From positions 270,001-302,000 of the forward strand of contig JAUWGH010000005.1 of NCBI GenBank assembly GCA_030606485.1: a stretch of 32,000 bases of DNA, written 5' to 3'. The notes under the pieces are model-generated. The model was not told the origin of the DNA, did no database searches, and saw nothing but the letters and a program-made list of their open reading frames with translations. Shown one piece after another: positions 9,072-17,944 of the stretch (its first letter is position 1; each line of letters starts with the position of its first letter). This stretch comes from Promethearchaeota archaeon. GTDB taxonomy: Archaea > Asgardarchaeota > Lokiarchaeia > Sigyniarchaeales > SOKP01. The translations under genes and the position numbers were made by a program.

Positions 9072-10811
9072 CTAAGTTGCTTCCTCTAAAAATCTCAAGT
9101 ATGTCTCTTGTTCGCTAACGGGCATATATCTCAACTGTTCAATGATTTGTTGTAGATATTTAGGATTTAAATTTAACTTTTTAACTCGTAAAATCAGTTT
9201 CTCTGATAATTCTCGATTAAGTTCAAATAGTTCATTAAGATATTTTTCCTGTTCCTCTTCTGTTAAATACACAAATTCTTTCAAAATTTCTTTTTTATCT
9301 TTCTCTGGAATATTCAAATCAAGTATTTTCCTTCGAATTTTTTCTGATAAAACATTAAAGATCTTTAAAAAATATCTTTCAACAATCTCTCTATCAGATT
9401 CCTTAGAAATAGGTAATAATGAATCGTGTAATTTTAATTTTAATGGTTGTTTTTTGAATTTTTTCTCGATTTTCCCATCCATCTTCCTTTGTTTCTTGGC
9501 TTCCTTTTCTAATTGCTTTTCTGATCTTTTTTCAATAGGTTTCTTTACTGTCTCAAAGAAAGGAATTTCCTCTAATCTTTTATCCTTTTTTTGAGCTTCA
9601 CTTTCAATATCCTTTTTCTCTTCTATTGGAAAAGGTTTTAAAGGTGGTTCTTTTTTAGCGGCTAAAGGAACCGAGATATATTTTTGATCTTTTCCTTTTT
9701 CATCGCTTTTTATTTCATAAGGTGATTTTGGAGGTTTTTGCCGATAAGTTGATGGTTGTATAGGCATTAATTCTTCGGAAATTGATAATTTTCGAGAAGG
9801 ATCATAAAAAATTCTATCTGGTCGTCCTTTTTGAGCTAAAATTATTATCGTAATTGCTTTTAGCAAAATAAAAACTCCAGAGGCATAAAAAAAGCATCCA
9901 ATAATCCCTGCAACGAGAAATGACCCGGCGTCATTTTCCTCAAAAACTTTCTTGGATGATATTGTAGGAGATCTCTTCTTGTCAATAGAAACACCTATTA
10001 TTGATAATATCAACGAAACAAAACCAAAAATTAAAAGACTAAAAAAACGGAAATTGGAAGGAATTAAAATACTTGAAACAGCCATATATGCAAAAGATGC
10101 AAATCCTAAAATTATAATTGATGCACCCGCATAACTTGATATTGAATTTAACGAGTCTTTTATTAACAATCCCCAGTCATAGCCTTGAAATTCTTGATTC
10201 TTCTCATCTTGTGAAATGTAAATTATTAATAGAATACCTTTTATTAACAATACAACTCCTGCACCATATACTATGCATCCTAAAATTCCCAAAGCAATAG
10301 CTGAAACACTAACTTTATTATATTCTCCCTTCTTAATTAAAGGTGCTAGATAATTTTTATCAAAATGCGCAATTCTAAGCCCAAAAATAAAGAGTGCTAC
10401 TGATTCAAAAATTATAATTAAAAATTGAAGATCATTTCCAATCCAATTTAATTGAAATATTCTTAGTAAAGAAAGTATAGAAACAATGATTAAGATAATG
10501 TAAGATAATTTATTGATATCTTGAATTACATTATTAATATTAACCATTCCCCGTTGTGAGATCTTTCGTTCTTTTGGTTTCCGAGGGACTGGCTCTTTTA
10601 TTTCTTTAAGCTCCTTTTTTTCTTTAACCTTTAAATCTTTTTCTTTTAATTCACGGAATTTAACTCCCTCTAAAAGAAACTTGTATCCACAATTTTCACA
10701 AAAAATTTGGATTCCTTTCTCGATTCTTTTAACTAATTCTTTGGGAAATTGATGGCCACATTCCCGACAAAAGTATTTTGAACTTTTAACATTTTTTTGT
10801 TCATCATTCAT
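9072..10811 (-). CDS. Membrane protein: N-terminal zinc ribbon, duplicated TM module, charged linker, tandem C-terminal helical repeats
   Basis: CRECG...CENCG; about 8 hydrophobic segments; repeated GI.GC..Y..GV..L.K.I; repeated LSEK...Y....EQE.YL. Confidence 0.8.
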   Translation of the reverse strand: MNDEQKNVKSSKYFCRECGHQFPKELVKRIEKGIQIFCENCGYKFLLEGVKFRELKEKDLKVKEKKELKEIKEPVPRKPKERKISQRGMVNINNVIQDINKLSYIILIIVSILSLLRIFQLNWIGNDLQFLIIIFESVALFIFGLRIAHFDKNYLAPLIKKGEYNKVSVSAIALGILGCIVYGAGVVLLIKGILLIIYISQDEKNQEFQGYDWGLLIKDSLNSISSYAGASIIILGFASFAYMAVSSILIPSNFRFFSLLIFGFVSLILSIIGVSIDKKRSPTISSKKVFEENDAGSFLVAGIIGCFFYASGVFILLKAITIIILAQKGRPDRIFYDPSRKLSISEELMPIQPSTYRQKPPKSPYEIKSDEKGKDQKYISVPLAAKKEPPLKPFPIEEKKDIESEAQKKDKRLEEIPFFETVKKPIEKRSEKQLEKEAKKQRKMDGKIEKKFKKQPLKLKLHDSLLPISKESDREIVERYFLKIFNVLSEKIRRKILDLNIPEKDKKEILKEFVYLTEEEQEKYLNELFELNRELSEKLILRVKKLNLNPKYLQQIIEQLRYMPVSEQETYLRFLEEAT

Positions 10812-10877
10812 TTCTAATATTCCTCTCTGAGTTATATTTTAATAACAAATAATAAAAAAATATTTTGGAAATTTTTT

Positions 10878-11423
10878 TTAAGTATATGATTCTGTTATTG
10901 ATTGATTTATTGGTTGTATATCTAATTTATTTAGCATATCTATTCTGAAGCATTGTCCGCAATGAATACAAAAAGTCATACCATTTGAATCCAAATGTTC
11001 GTGCATTTTATCAGTAAATTTCATTCCACACTCAGTACAGTAGCAATATTCAAGATCTTGTTCATTTTTTAATGATTTATCAATCATTCTTGGTAATTCT
11101 ACAACGGACTTTTGAGAATTCTCTCTTTTATCGGTTATTTTATCTGTCAAGGGAACTTTATGGTCTCCTGAATTTAATATTTTATCTATTAAATCAACTA
11201 TTTTATTTATAACAAATTTAAAACCCTTAAAAATTCCCTTTAATATGTAGAAAATCCCCAAGCAAAGATATTTTATCAAATAATAGACCCCAATACACAC
11301 AATCACTATAACACTGACAGCAAATGCTATTATTAAGCTAGTAAAAATGATCTGTTCAACCATACTTAGCCCGTTAAACCAATTAGTCCAACCAATTATT
11401 ATATCTAATATCATTTTCCTCAT
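10878..11423 (-). CDS. Small membrane-anchored protein with C-terminal zinc ribbon
   Basis: N-terminal hydrophobic stretch (aa ~25-65) and CTECG...CIHCG. Confidence 0.78.
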   Translation of the reverse strand: MRKMILDIIIGWTNWFNGLSMVEQIIFTSLIIAFAVSVIVIVCIGVYYLIKYLCLGIFYILKGIFKGFKFVINKIVDLIDKILNSGDHKVPLTDKITDKRENSQKSVVELPRMIDKSLKNEQDLEYCYCTECGMKFTDKMHEHLDSNGMTFCIHCGQCFRIDMLNKLDIQPINQSITESYT

Positions 11424-11534
11424 TTTTTTATTTTTTTTTCTTGATTAGAATATTAGATAAATAATATTTAATTGATTTTTAGACCAATTGTTATCAGAAT
11501 ATTTAATTGATTTTTGAATTATTTAAGCGAAGAA

Positions 11535-12575
11535 TTATTCAAGCGAAGAATCTTTCAGTTGATCAATGGATCTTTTATATTCTTTTAATTCTTTTTTATA
11601 ACCGACATAATAAATTAAGAAGAATATAGAAAAGTATATTATTATAATAATAGACATTAACATTAGATAATCTCTAGTGAAAGCTAATAAATAAAGAGAT
11701 ATCCCTAAAATAAAGCCGGTCAGTAATCTAAGATTTGTATTAGATTTTCGATATCTCAATTTTTGAGTTCCCCAATCAATTAATGGAATAATTGGAAGTA
11801 AAATACATAAAAAGAAAGCAAGTTCCTGATTGAATGGAAGTTTGGTAATATTTTCATACAAATAAACCATAAATGATGAAAAAACAAGTGAAACAATCAT
11901 TCCACTACATCTGGAACAGAAATATACATTCGTACGTCCAAATTTTATTTTAAATGTATGATCAATTTCTAAATATGAATGATGAGTTAATAACACATTA
12001 TAAATTTCTCTCTCAGTCGAAGAAAATAACATGTCAATTATGAAGATAAGAATTGGAACTAAAAATACAGCCGATATAATTATCTCCATAAATAATTTAA
12101 AACCAACATTTAATAAAATAAATTCTAACTCGAGGTCAGAATTAAGCGCAGTAAAAAATACGGATAAAATTAATATAATAAAGGAGGAAATAATGAAAAA
12201 AAGAAAATTGTTAAAAATTTTAGTTGTCCCTTTTTGATATTTTAGTGGTTTATATTCATATATCCCAAATAATATTCCCATTACTCCTACAAGAAATACC
12301 CATTCAAAATAAATTGTATGCTCCGGAAAAAAGCTTAGTTGATATAAAAACTCTCCCAAAAAACCACTAATAAAACCAATTTTCCATCCAAAAAGGTTTG
12401 AAAAAATTGCGAAAATAAACAATGATAAATTAAATTGAATAAAAAAGGTTTGATTCTCAATAAAAGGTCTGGATATAGAATTAAAATTAATAGAACAGTA
12501 ATAATAAATAATTATAAAAACAAATACTCTAAACAAAAATAAAAAAATTGCTCTTAAATTATTTAAAAGTTTCAT
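11535..12575 (-). CDS. Membrane protein: ECF S-component-like N-terminus fused to a DUF2085-like C-terminus
   Basis: LFGWKIGFISGFLGEFLYQL resembles ECF S-components; YFCSRCSG, PLIDWGTQ and SNTNLRLLTGFILG match DUF2085 motifs. Confidence 0.65.
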   Translation of the reverse strand: MKLLNNLRAIFLFLFRVFVFIIIYYYCSINFNSISRPFIENQTFFIQFNLSLFIFAIFSNLFGWKIGFISGFLGEFLYQLSFFPEHTIYFEWVFLVGVMGILFGIYEYKPLKYQKGTTKIFNNFLFFIISSFIILILSVFFTALNSDLELEFILLNVGFKLFMEIIISAVFLVPILIFIIDMLFSSTEREIYNVLLTHHSYLEIDHTFKIKFGRTNVYFCSRCSGMIVSLVFSSFMVYLYENITKLPFNQELAFFLCILLPIIPLIDWGTQKLRYRKSNTNLRLLTGFILGISLYLLAFTRDYLMLMSIIIIIYFSIFFLIYYVGYKKELKEYKRSIDQLKDSSLE

Positions 12576-13245
12576 CTAAATCTCTATTTAGGTTTAGTTT
12601 TGTTTGCTCAAAACCTTTTCTTAAAACTTTAAGGATTAAATTTTTAGCTGTAGGGACAGTTAATATTGAGGAATCCCCCTCTACTATTTTAATACATTGA
12701 TTAGTAAATTCTAATTGTTCAAAAAGAGATTTATAAGCCGTCTCTCGATCCTTGAATGCAAATCTTACCAAATCATCATAATTCTGAACATTTCCTGTTA
12801 TTTTTAACATCTCTACTGCTCCTCTAACTTGAGCAATATAAGCCTTTTTATTGATTTCTTTCAATTTAGAGTAATTTTTATGATTCTTTTTGCATTGTAG
12901 ATCTGTCTGATCTCCCGATAAATAAATTGGAAAACTCTCCTCGATTATTTTGTTAAAATATTCTGGAGTATTTCCATTTAAAATCAAGAGTTTAGCTGAA
13001 TTTAAAGTAATTTCAATTTGTTTTAAAGTTCCTTTTTTTAATTCATAGTTGGACCAATATTTATAAAAAATTTGGATAAATGGTTTAGTAATAAAATTAA
13101 ATATTCCCATATTTAGCTCTTTATTAATTAAATTTTTCCCTCTACGAATTGCATCTTCCATTTGTGCAATCATTCGATGTTTAATGATCTTGTAATTTCT
13201 TTCAATGCTTTCTATGCTTGGTTCAGAATTAATCAAAATATTCAA
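12559..13245 (-). CDS. Hypothetical all-helical protein (TTG start uncertain); overlaps the downstream gene by 17 nt
   Basis: 228-aa ORF with no competing long ORF and typical composition; no recognisable motif. Confidence 0.7.
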   Translation of the reverse strand: MNILINSEPSIESIERNYKIIKHRMIAQMEDAIRRGKNLINKELNMGIFNFITKPFIQIFYKYWSNYELKKGTLKQIEITLNSAKLLILNGNTPEYFNKIIEESFPIYLSGDQTDLQCKKNHKNYSKLKEINKKAYIAQVRGAVEMLKITGNVQNYDDLVRFAFKDRETAYKSLFEQLEFTNQCIKIVEGDSSILTVPTAKNLILKVLRKGFEQTKLNLNRDLDETFK

Positions 13246-13384
13246 TCCTCGAATTAAAAAATAAAATATATGATTAAATTTAAAAATTTAGAAATCAAAA
13301 AAAGTATTAAAGGTATTGAAGATCTCATAATATTTTTCTACTTGTTAATATTGCTCAGATAATAGGTGATAAAAAATTCGATAT

Positions 13385-16300
13385 ATGTTCCGCGTTCTTG
13401 TCCTAGGTAAACCAGAAAGTTCAATACCATATATAATGAATACGGGTGTCGAAGACGGAGAAGACCAGGAAGATATTTATGAGTGTTATAAAGAAATTAA
13501 AGTTTTTGATAATATATGTAATTTAGAAATTGATGTTGTTGCAAAACTTACAGCGGATTTTGATGAAATTATTCCTAATGTTGATGGAATAATTTATTTT
13601 CTTAACCCGATGGAAAAAAGGGAGTGGGATTTATTTGAACTTTTATCAGAAATTATTTCAGATGTAAGAAGAGGCATCCCCATAATTATTTTTTTTAATA
13701 GTCCTGGTCGAATTATATCAATCCCTTCTAATATCTTGTTAGAAGGAGTTTGGAAAAATTATCCCACGTATGAAAGTTTTATTAATTTACCCCCAAATCA
13801 ATTTTACAAGGTGCTTAGTACACTTACAGAATCAATGATTACAAGTAAAATACCAATCAATGTGGAAAATGCTTGGATGCGGCTTTCTATTTTTATATCT
13901 CAAGCAAATACTTTTTATCAAGAAGGTAAATATTATGAATCTGCAAGAGCTACAGAGTGTGCATCCAGAGTTGCAAATATATATAATATGGATGATTTCT
14001 TTATATACGGGGAGCAAGCATCTTTCTTATATTCAAAAGCATATAGATATTTAGAGGCGTCAGATGTTCTACAAGAGATTGATAAAGAGAAAAATCTCTT
14101 ATTTAAAAGATATTACGTTGATAATATGATTGCATATGGAAATCGACTTTTTAATAAAAATAATTTCGATGAAGCTGCAAAACAATATGAAACTGCTGGA
14201 AATTGGGCTTCTCTAGAATTAGAGGATAAAGAAATTATTCAACAAGCGTATAAATATGCCATTCATTCATGGATTTCAGCAACGAAAGTCGAAAATGCCT
14301 TTATTATTTGCCAAAAAATGAATAGGATAGATAAAAAAGATATATTGCATGAAATAACTGATAAAATTAATGCGTCTATAGACTATTTAATCTCGGTAAA
14401 TAAGTTAATTACTGCAAGAGAACAATTATACTTATCAACAAATATGTATCAAAAAGAAGGGTTGTTCGAAGATCTTAAGAAAATTGCAAAAAAACTTGCA
14501 GAAGTATTAATCCTAATCTTTAAAGATAAAATTAAAAAAAATGATATTTATAGTGCTAAAGAGACATATGATGAGATTGTGAATATTTGGAATACATTTA
14601 TTGTTGAAAGAGTTAATTTAGATAATCAATTAGAAAAAATAATACGTTCATTTGCAGAAGTTCTTAATTTCAATATGGTTAGTCTTTTAATTAATGAATT
14701 AAATTCTTTAGATTTGAAGAAAAAATTGACGGAATTCGTTTCTGAAGTTGAAGATAGTGATAGAGCACGGAAAAAAAAGGAACAAGAAGAATTTATTGAA
14801 CATGGAGTTGAAATCCTAAAGGAATATATTAAAGCAGAAAAAAATATCTTTTTAAATACTAGTAAAGAAGCAATTGATTTAGCAAATCATCATGTTTCTA
14901 AAGGAAAAATAATCCAAGGAGCTAGTATATTAATAGAGCAATCTCAATTGTTAAAGCATCTTGGAGAAGATGATTTATCTGATGATGTTAATATGCAAGC
15001 TTTAAATATTTTAATTGAGGGTAATTTTTTACCCGAATTTATTTATCATTCTAAGTTTTTAAAAAGAATCACAAAGAAAAGATATTTCCAAGGAAAATTA
15101 CTTCAAATTATCAATTCAATAGAGTCAATTTATAATAAGGACGGATATTCAAAAATTGAGAATTATATTGATAAATTACTAAGAATATATAGGTCTCTAA
15201 TGATTTATGAGGGTTCAACAAAATTTTCTGAATTTTGTATCGAATTAATAAAAAAATACGCATTAAAAATAATTGAAAATAACGAAAACATAAAAGGCAT
15301 AAAATCATCGCTTGCTCTAATCCAACAGGCATTATATATCTCATCATCATATTTGGATAATAAAATAATAAATTTTGACGAGATATATAAAAAAATAGCT
15401 GAAACTTATATTCTTTTAGAAGATTTAAGTCTTGCAAATACTTACAATCAAAGAATTGAGAATAAAAGATATTCAAAAATCATTAGCAAAAAAATCCATA
15501 AACTAGAATCAAAAAGAAGTGCATTAAAAGCTGAAAAAGCTGAAAAAGCAGTTAAAGGAGAGCTCTTAAAAGAAAAATTATCAATATTAAAACAAAAAGC
15601 TAAAGAAGCTTTAAGTGAACTTGAGGGGCAATTCAAATCGAGAAAAGGATTAAAAAGAACATATTTTCAAACACCTCTTATGTTACTTAATAAGAGAGAA
15701 TATGAAGATTCAATTGCTGCTTATAAAGATGTTGCTATTAGATTAACGAAAATTAACCAATATAATTTAAGTGCTATATCCATCGCAGTTGCATGTTTAA
15801 TTTTATTAAAAGAAAATCAATTTGAAAAAATTCCAATTTTTATAAATTCTATTAGAAAAGAATTGAAAGACTATGCAAAAATACTATTCGAAACATTTCC
15901 TGTGAAAATTATTGAATATATTATAGAAATGAGGAAATATGAAGATGAAAAAAGAGTTAAAGAAGCTATTGGTTTCATGAAAACTCTCCCACTCTTCGAA
16001 ATAGAAAAATTAGTATTAAGTTTATATCTAGGAGAAGATATTGATATAGCAGCTCCAGAAATGAAAGTAGAAAGAAAAATAATAGAAATTCCTGAGGGAA
16101 AAATTAGACAACCTTCTATTCAAGAGGGAAAAGAGATAAAAGCTGGTATTATACGTAAAGAAAAAGCAGAAATAGTCAAAAAGAAGATTCTATTAGAACA
16201 AAATTTAGCAAAGTTAAAACAAAAACAAATAGATTTAAGAAGAACCGTAAAAGAAGTCCTTAAAAAAAGAAGTGCTTTAAGAAGAAGATACTATAATGAG

Positions 16301-16660
16301 ATCTTAGATTTATTAAATAAAAACGATTTTAGAGAAGCGGCAAACAAGTATCTCCACGTTGCTACAATACTGATTAAACGAAAAGATTTTGAAAATGCAA
16401 GTTTTATTATACTCTTATGGGGACTATGCTTATTTAAAACAGACCAATCTCTTCAATCAATCAAAACAAAATTGGATGAAATTCTTGATACATTAGGAAT
16501 TTCGAAAGAGTTATTAAAAGATACATTCTATAATCTAATGCTATCTTTTTTAATTGAAGCAAATTTAGCAGGAGAAAATGAGTTATATGAATTGGGTAAA
16601 AAAATATTGAGTAGAGATGTCCTACCTCTATTTGATGAGGAAATTATTCTCATTTCTTAG
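13385..16660 (+). CDS. Large protein: degenerate small-GTPase-like N-terminal domain plus TPR/SNAP-like helical solenoid with duplicated C-terminal domain
   Basis: 1091 aa. The N-terminus follows G-domain strand order (RVLVLG, NLEID, VDGIIYFLN, IPIIIFFN) without intact G motifs. TPR-like helices such as YGNRLFNKNNFDEAAKQYETA. Confidence 0.75.
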   Translation: MFRVLVLGKPESSIPYIMNTGVEDGEDQEDIYECYKEIKVFDNICNLEIDVVAKLTADFDEIIPNVDGIIYFLNPMEKREWDLFELLSEIISDVRRGIPIIIFFNSPGRIISIPSNILLEGVWKNYPTYESFINLPPNQFYKVLSTLTESMITSKIPINVENAWMRLSIFISQANTFYQEGKYYESARATECASRVANIYNMDDFFIYGEQASFLYSKAYRYLEASDVLQEIDKEKNLLFKRYYVDNMIAYGNRLFNKNNFDEAAKQYETAGNWASLELEDKEIIQQAYKYAIHSWISATKVENAFIICQKMNRIDKKDILHEITDKINASIDYLISVNKLITAREQLYLSTNMYQKEGLFEDLKKIAKKLAEVLILIFKDKIKKNDIYSAKETYDEIVNIWNTFIVERVNLDNQLEKIIRSFAEVLNFNMVSLLINELNSLDLKKKLTEFVSEVEDSDRARKKKEQEEFIEHGVEILKEYIKAEKNIFLNTSKEAIDLANHHVSKGKIIQGASILIEQSQLLKHLGEDDLSDDVNMQALNILIEGNFLPEFIYHSKFLKRITKKRYFQGKLLQIINSIESIYNKDGYSKIENYIDKLLRIYRSLMIYEGSTKFSEFCIELIKKYALKIIENNENIKGIKSSLALIQQALYISSSYLDNKIINFDEIYKKIAETYILLEDLSLANTYNQRIENKRYSKIISKKIHKLESKRSALKAEKAEKAVKGELLKEKLSILKQKAKEALSELEGQFKSRKGLKRTYFQTPLMLLNKREYEDSIAAYKDVAIRLTKINQYNLSAISIAVACLILLKENQFEKIPIFINSIRKELKDYAKILFETFPVKIIEYIIEMRKYEDEKRVKEAIGFMKTLPLFEIEKLVLSLYLGEDIDIAAPEMKVERKIIEIPEGKIRQPSIQEGKEIKAGIIRKEKAEIVKKKILLEQNLAKLKQKQIDLRRTVKEVLKKRSALRRRYYNEILDLLNKNDFREAANKYLHVATILIKRKDFENASFIILLWGLCLFKTDQSLQSIKTKLDEILDTLGISKELLKDTFYNLMLSFLIEANLAGENELYELGKKILSRDVLPLFDEEIILIS

Positions 16661-16698
16661 GTTATAGATAATAATATCTAATTAATGTGTAAGACTGC

Positions 16699-17661
16699 TC
16701 AACTTTTTGAATTTAATACCGAAAATGCAAATTTGAGCAGGTCCTTGCATCTCATACGCAAAGTAACTTCGGTAATGTTAGATAAGTCTGCAATCTCTTT
16801 TTGAGTGCGAGGCTCATTATATTTCTTTGCTCCAAGGTAGATAGCTGCACATGATATTCCTTTAGGATCTTTTCCAGCAATTCTAAATCCATTCTTTTTA
16901 GCCCTTTCAATTATATCAATTGCATAATTCCTTACTTTCATGGATAAATGTAGGTCTTCAATGAATTTATCTACATATCGCTCAGGATCGAAATATTGAA
17001 CTTTTAAATTTAATTTAGGCAGTACTTCCATAAATATGAGACGATAAGCTTTCACAACCTTTTTCTTGGGCAATTGTGCAATTTTTACAATTTCATCAAT
17101 CGTTCTAGGAATCCCATGAACACGAAGCGCTGCAAAAATTGAAGCAGTAAGTAATGTATCTATACTACGGCCCATAGTAAGCTTTTCTTTAACGGTGTAG
17201 GTGTAGATCCTAAGACTGTCCTCTGCTACTGTGTCTGGAATGCCTAATACTTTTTGGAGTCTTTGTAAATTAGGCAATGCTATCCATAAATTTCTTTCAA
17301 AGCTAGTAGTAAGAGAACGATGTATTTTAGCAAGTCTATTAAACTGTGATTTGTATTTAGGCGTTAATAATATGCCTCGTGCATCTCTCTGACCTTTTAT
17401 GACTGTACGTGGGCCAATGGGACTATAAACTGGTTCATTCTTCTTACGTTTTCTTACTTCTTCTTGAGTAAACGCTCTTCGAGGAGAATCATCAAAAATT
17501 TGATAATACACACATCCACAGTTTAAACACACAACATAACCATTCTCCTCAATTAATTTAACTGAATCGCAACAAGGTTCTTCGTCCTGGCTAAAATATT
17601 GGTCATTTTGCTTGAAATCTTTTTTACTCATAGAAATATTAAATTTTATTGGGGGTTTCAC
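16699..17661 (-). CDS. tfb: Transcription initiation factor IIB (TFB); start GTG 17661 or ATG 17631
   Basis: Zn ribbon CC...CLNCG, RRAF, ERNL, two cyclin folds (MGRSID...ASIFAALR...PRTIDEI; GKDPKGI..AAIY...RTQKEIA...ITEVTLR). Confidence 0.93.
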   Translation of the reverse strand: MKPPIKFNISMSKKDFKQNDQYFSQDEEPCCDSVKLIEENGYVVCLNCGCVYYQIFDDSPRRAFTQEEVRKRKKNEPVYSPIGPRTVIKGQRDARGILLTPKYKSQFNRLAKIHRSLTTSFERNLWIALPNLQRLQKVLGIPDTVAEDSLRIYTYTVKEKLTMGRSIDTLLTASIFAALRVHGIPRTIDEIVKIAQLPKKKVVKAYRLIFMEVLPKLNLKVQYFDPERYVDKFIEDLHLSMKVRNYAIDIIERAKKNGFRIAGKDPKGISCAAIYLGAKKYNEPRTQKEIADLSNITEVTLRMRCKDLLKFAFSVLNSKS

Positions 17662-17944
17662 TAGAAATAAAATGAGAGTTTAAATATTTATAATTTTAGA
17701 AAAAAATGTTAATAATTTACTTAAAAAACTAATTATAAAAATAATTTTATGTTTAATCTTTTATCTTTAATCCCAAGAACTTCTTTTTTTACTGATCAAT
17801 TGTCTCAATTATTATTAATATCTTTTAAAGAGTGATTAAAATATATTAATATCATTATATAATATAATCAGAAAAAATTTAGTTTTAAAATTAGTATAAA
17901 AATTAAATAACATTAAAAAAATATTAAAAATATTAAAAAAATGA

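Noticed and set aside
9142-10300. Plus-strand ORFs 9142-9594, 9952-10134 and 10118-10300
   Set aside because: Antisense to the 579-aa membrane protein; no independent coding signal.
15525-15550. AAAGCTGAAAAAGCTGAAAAAGC micro-repeat
   Set aside because: Encodes a simple KAEKAEKA helix; ordinary low-complexity coding sequence.
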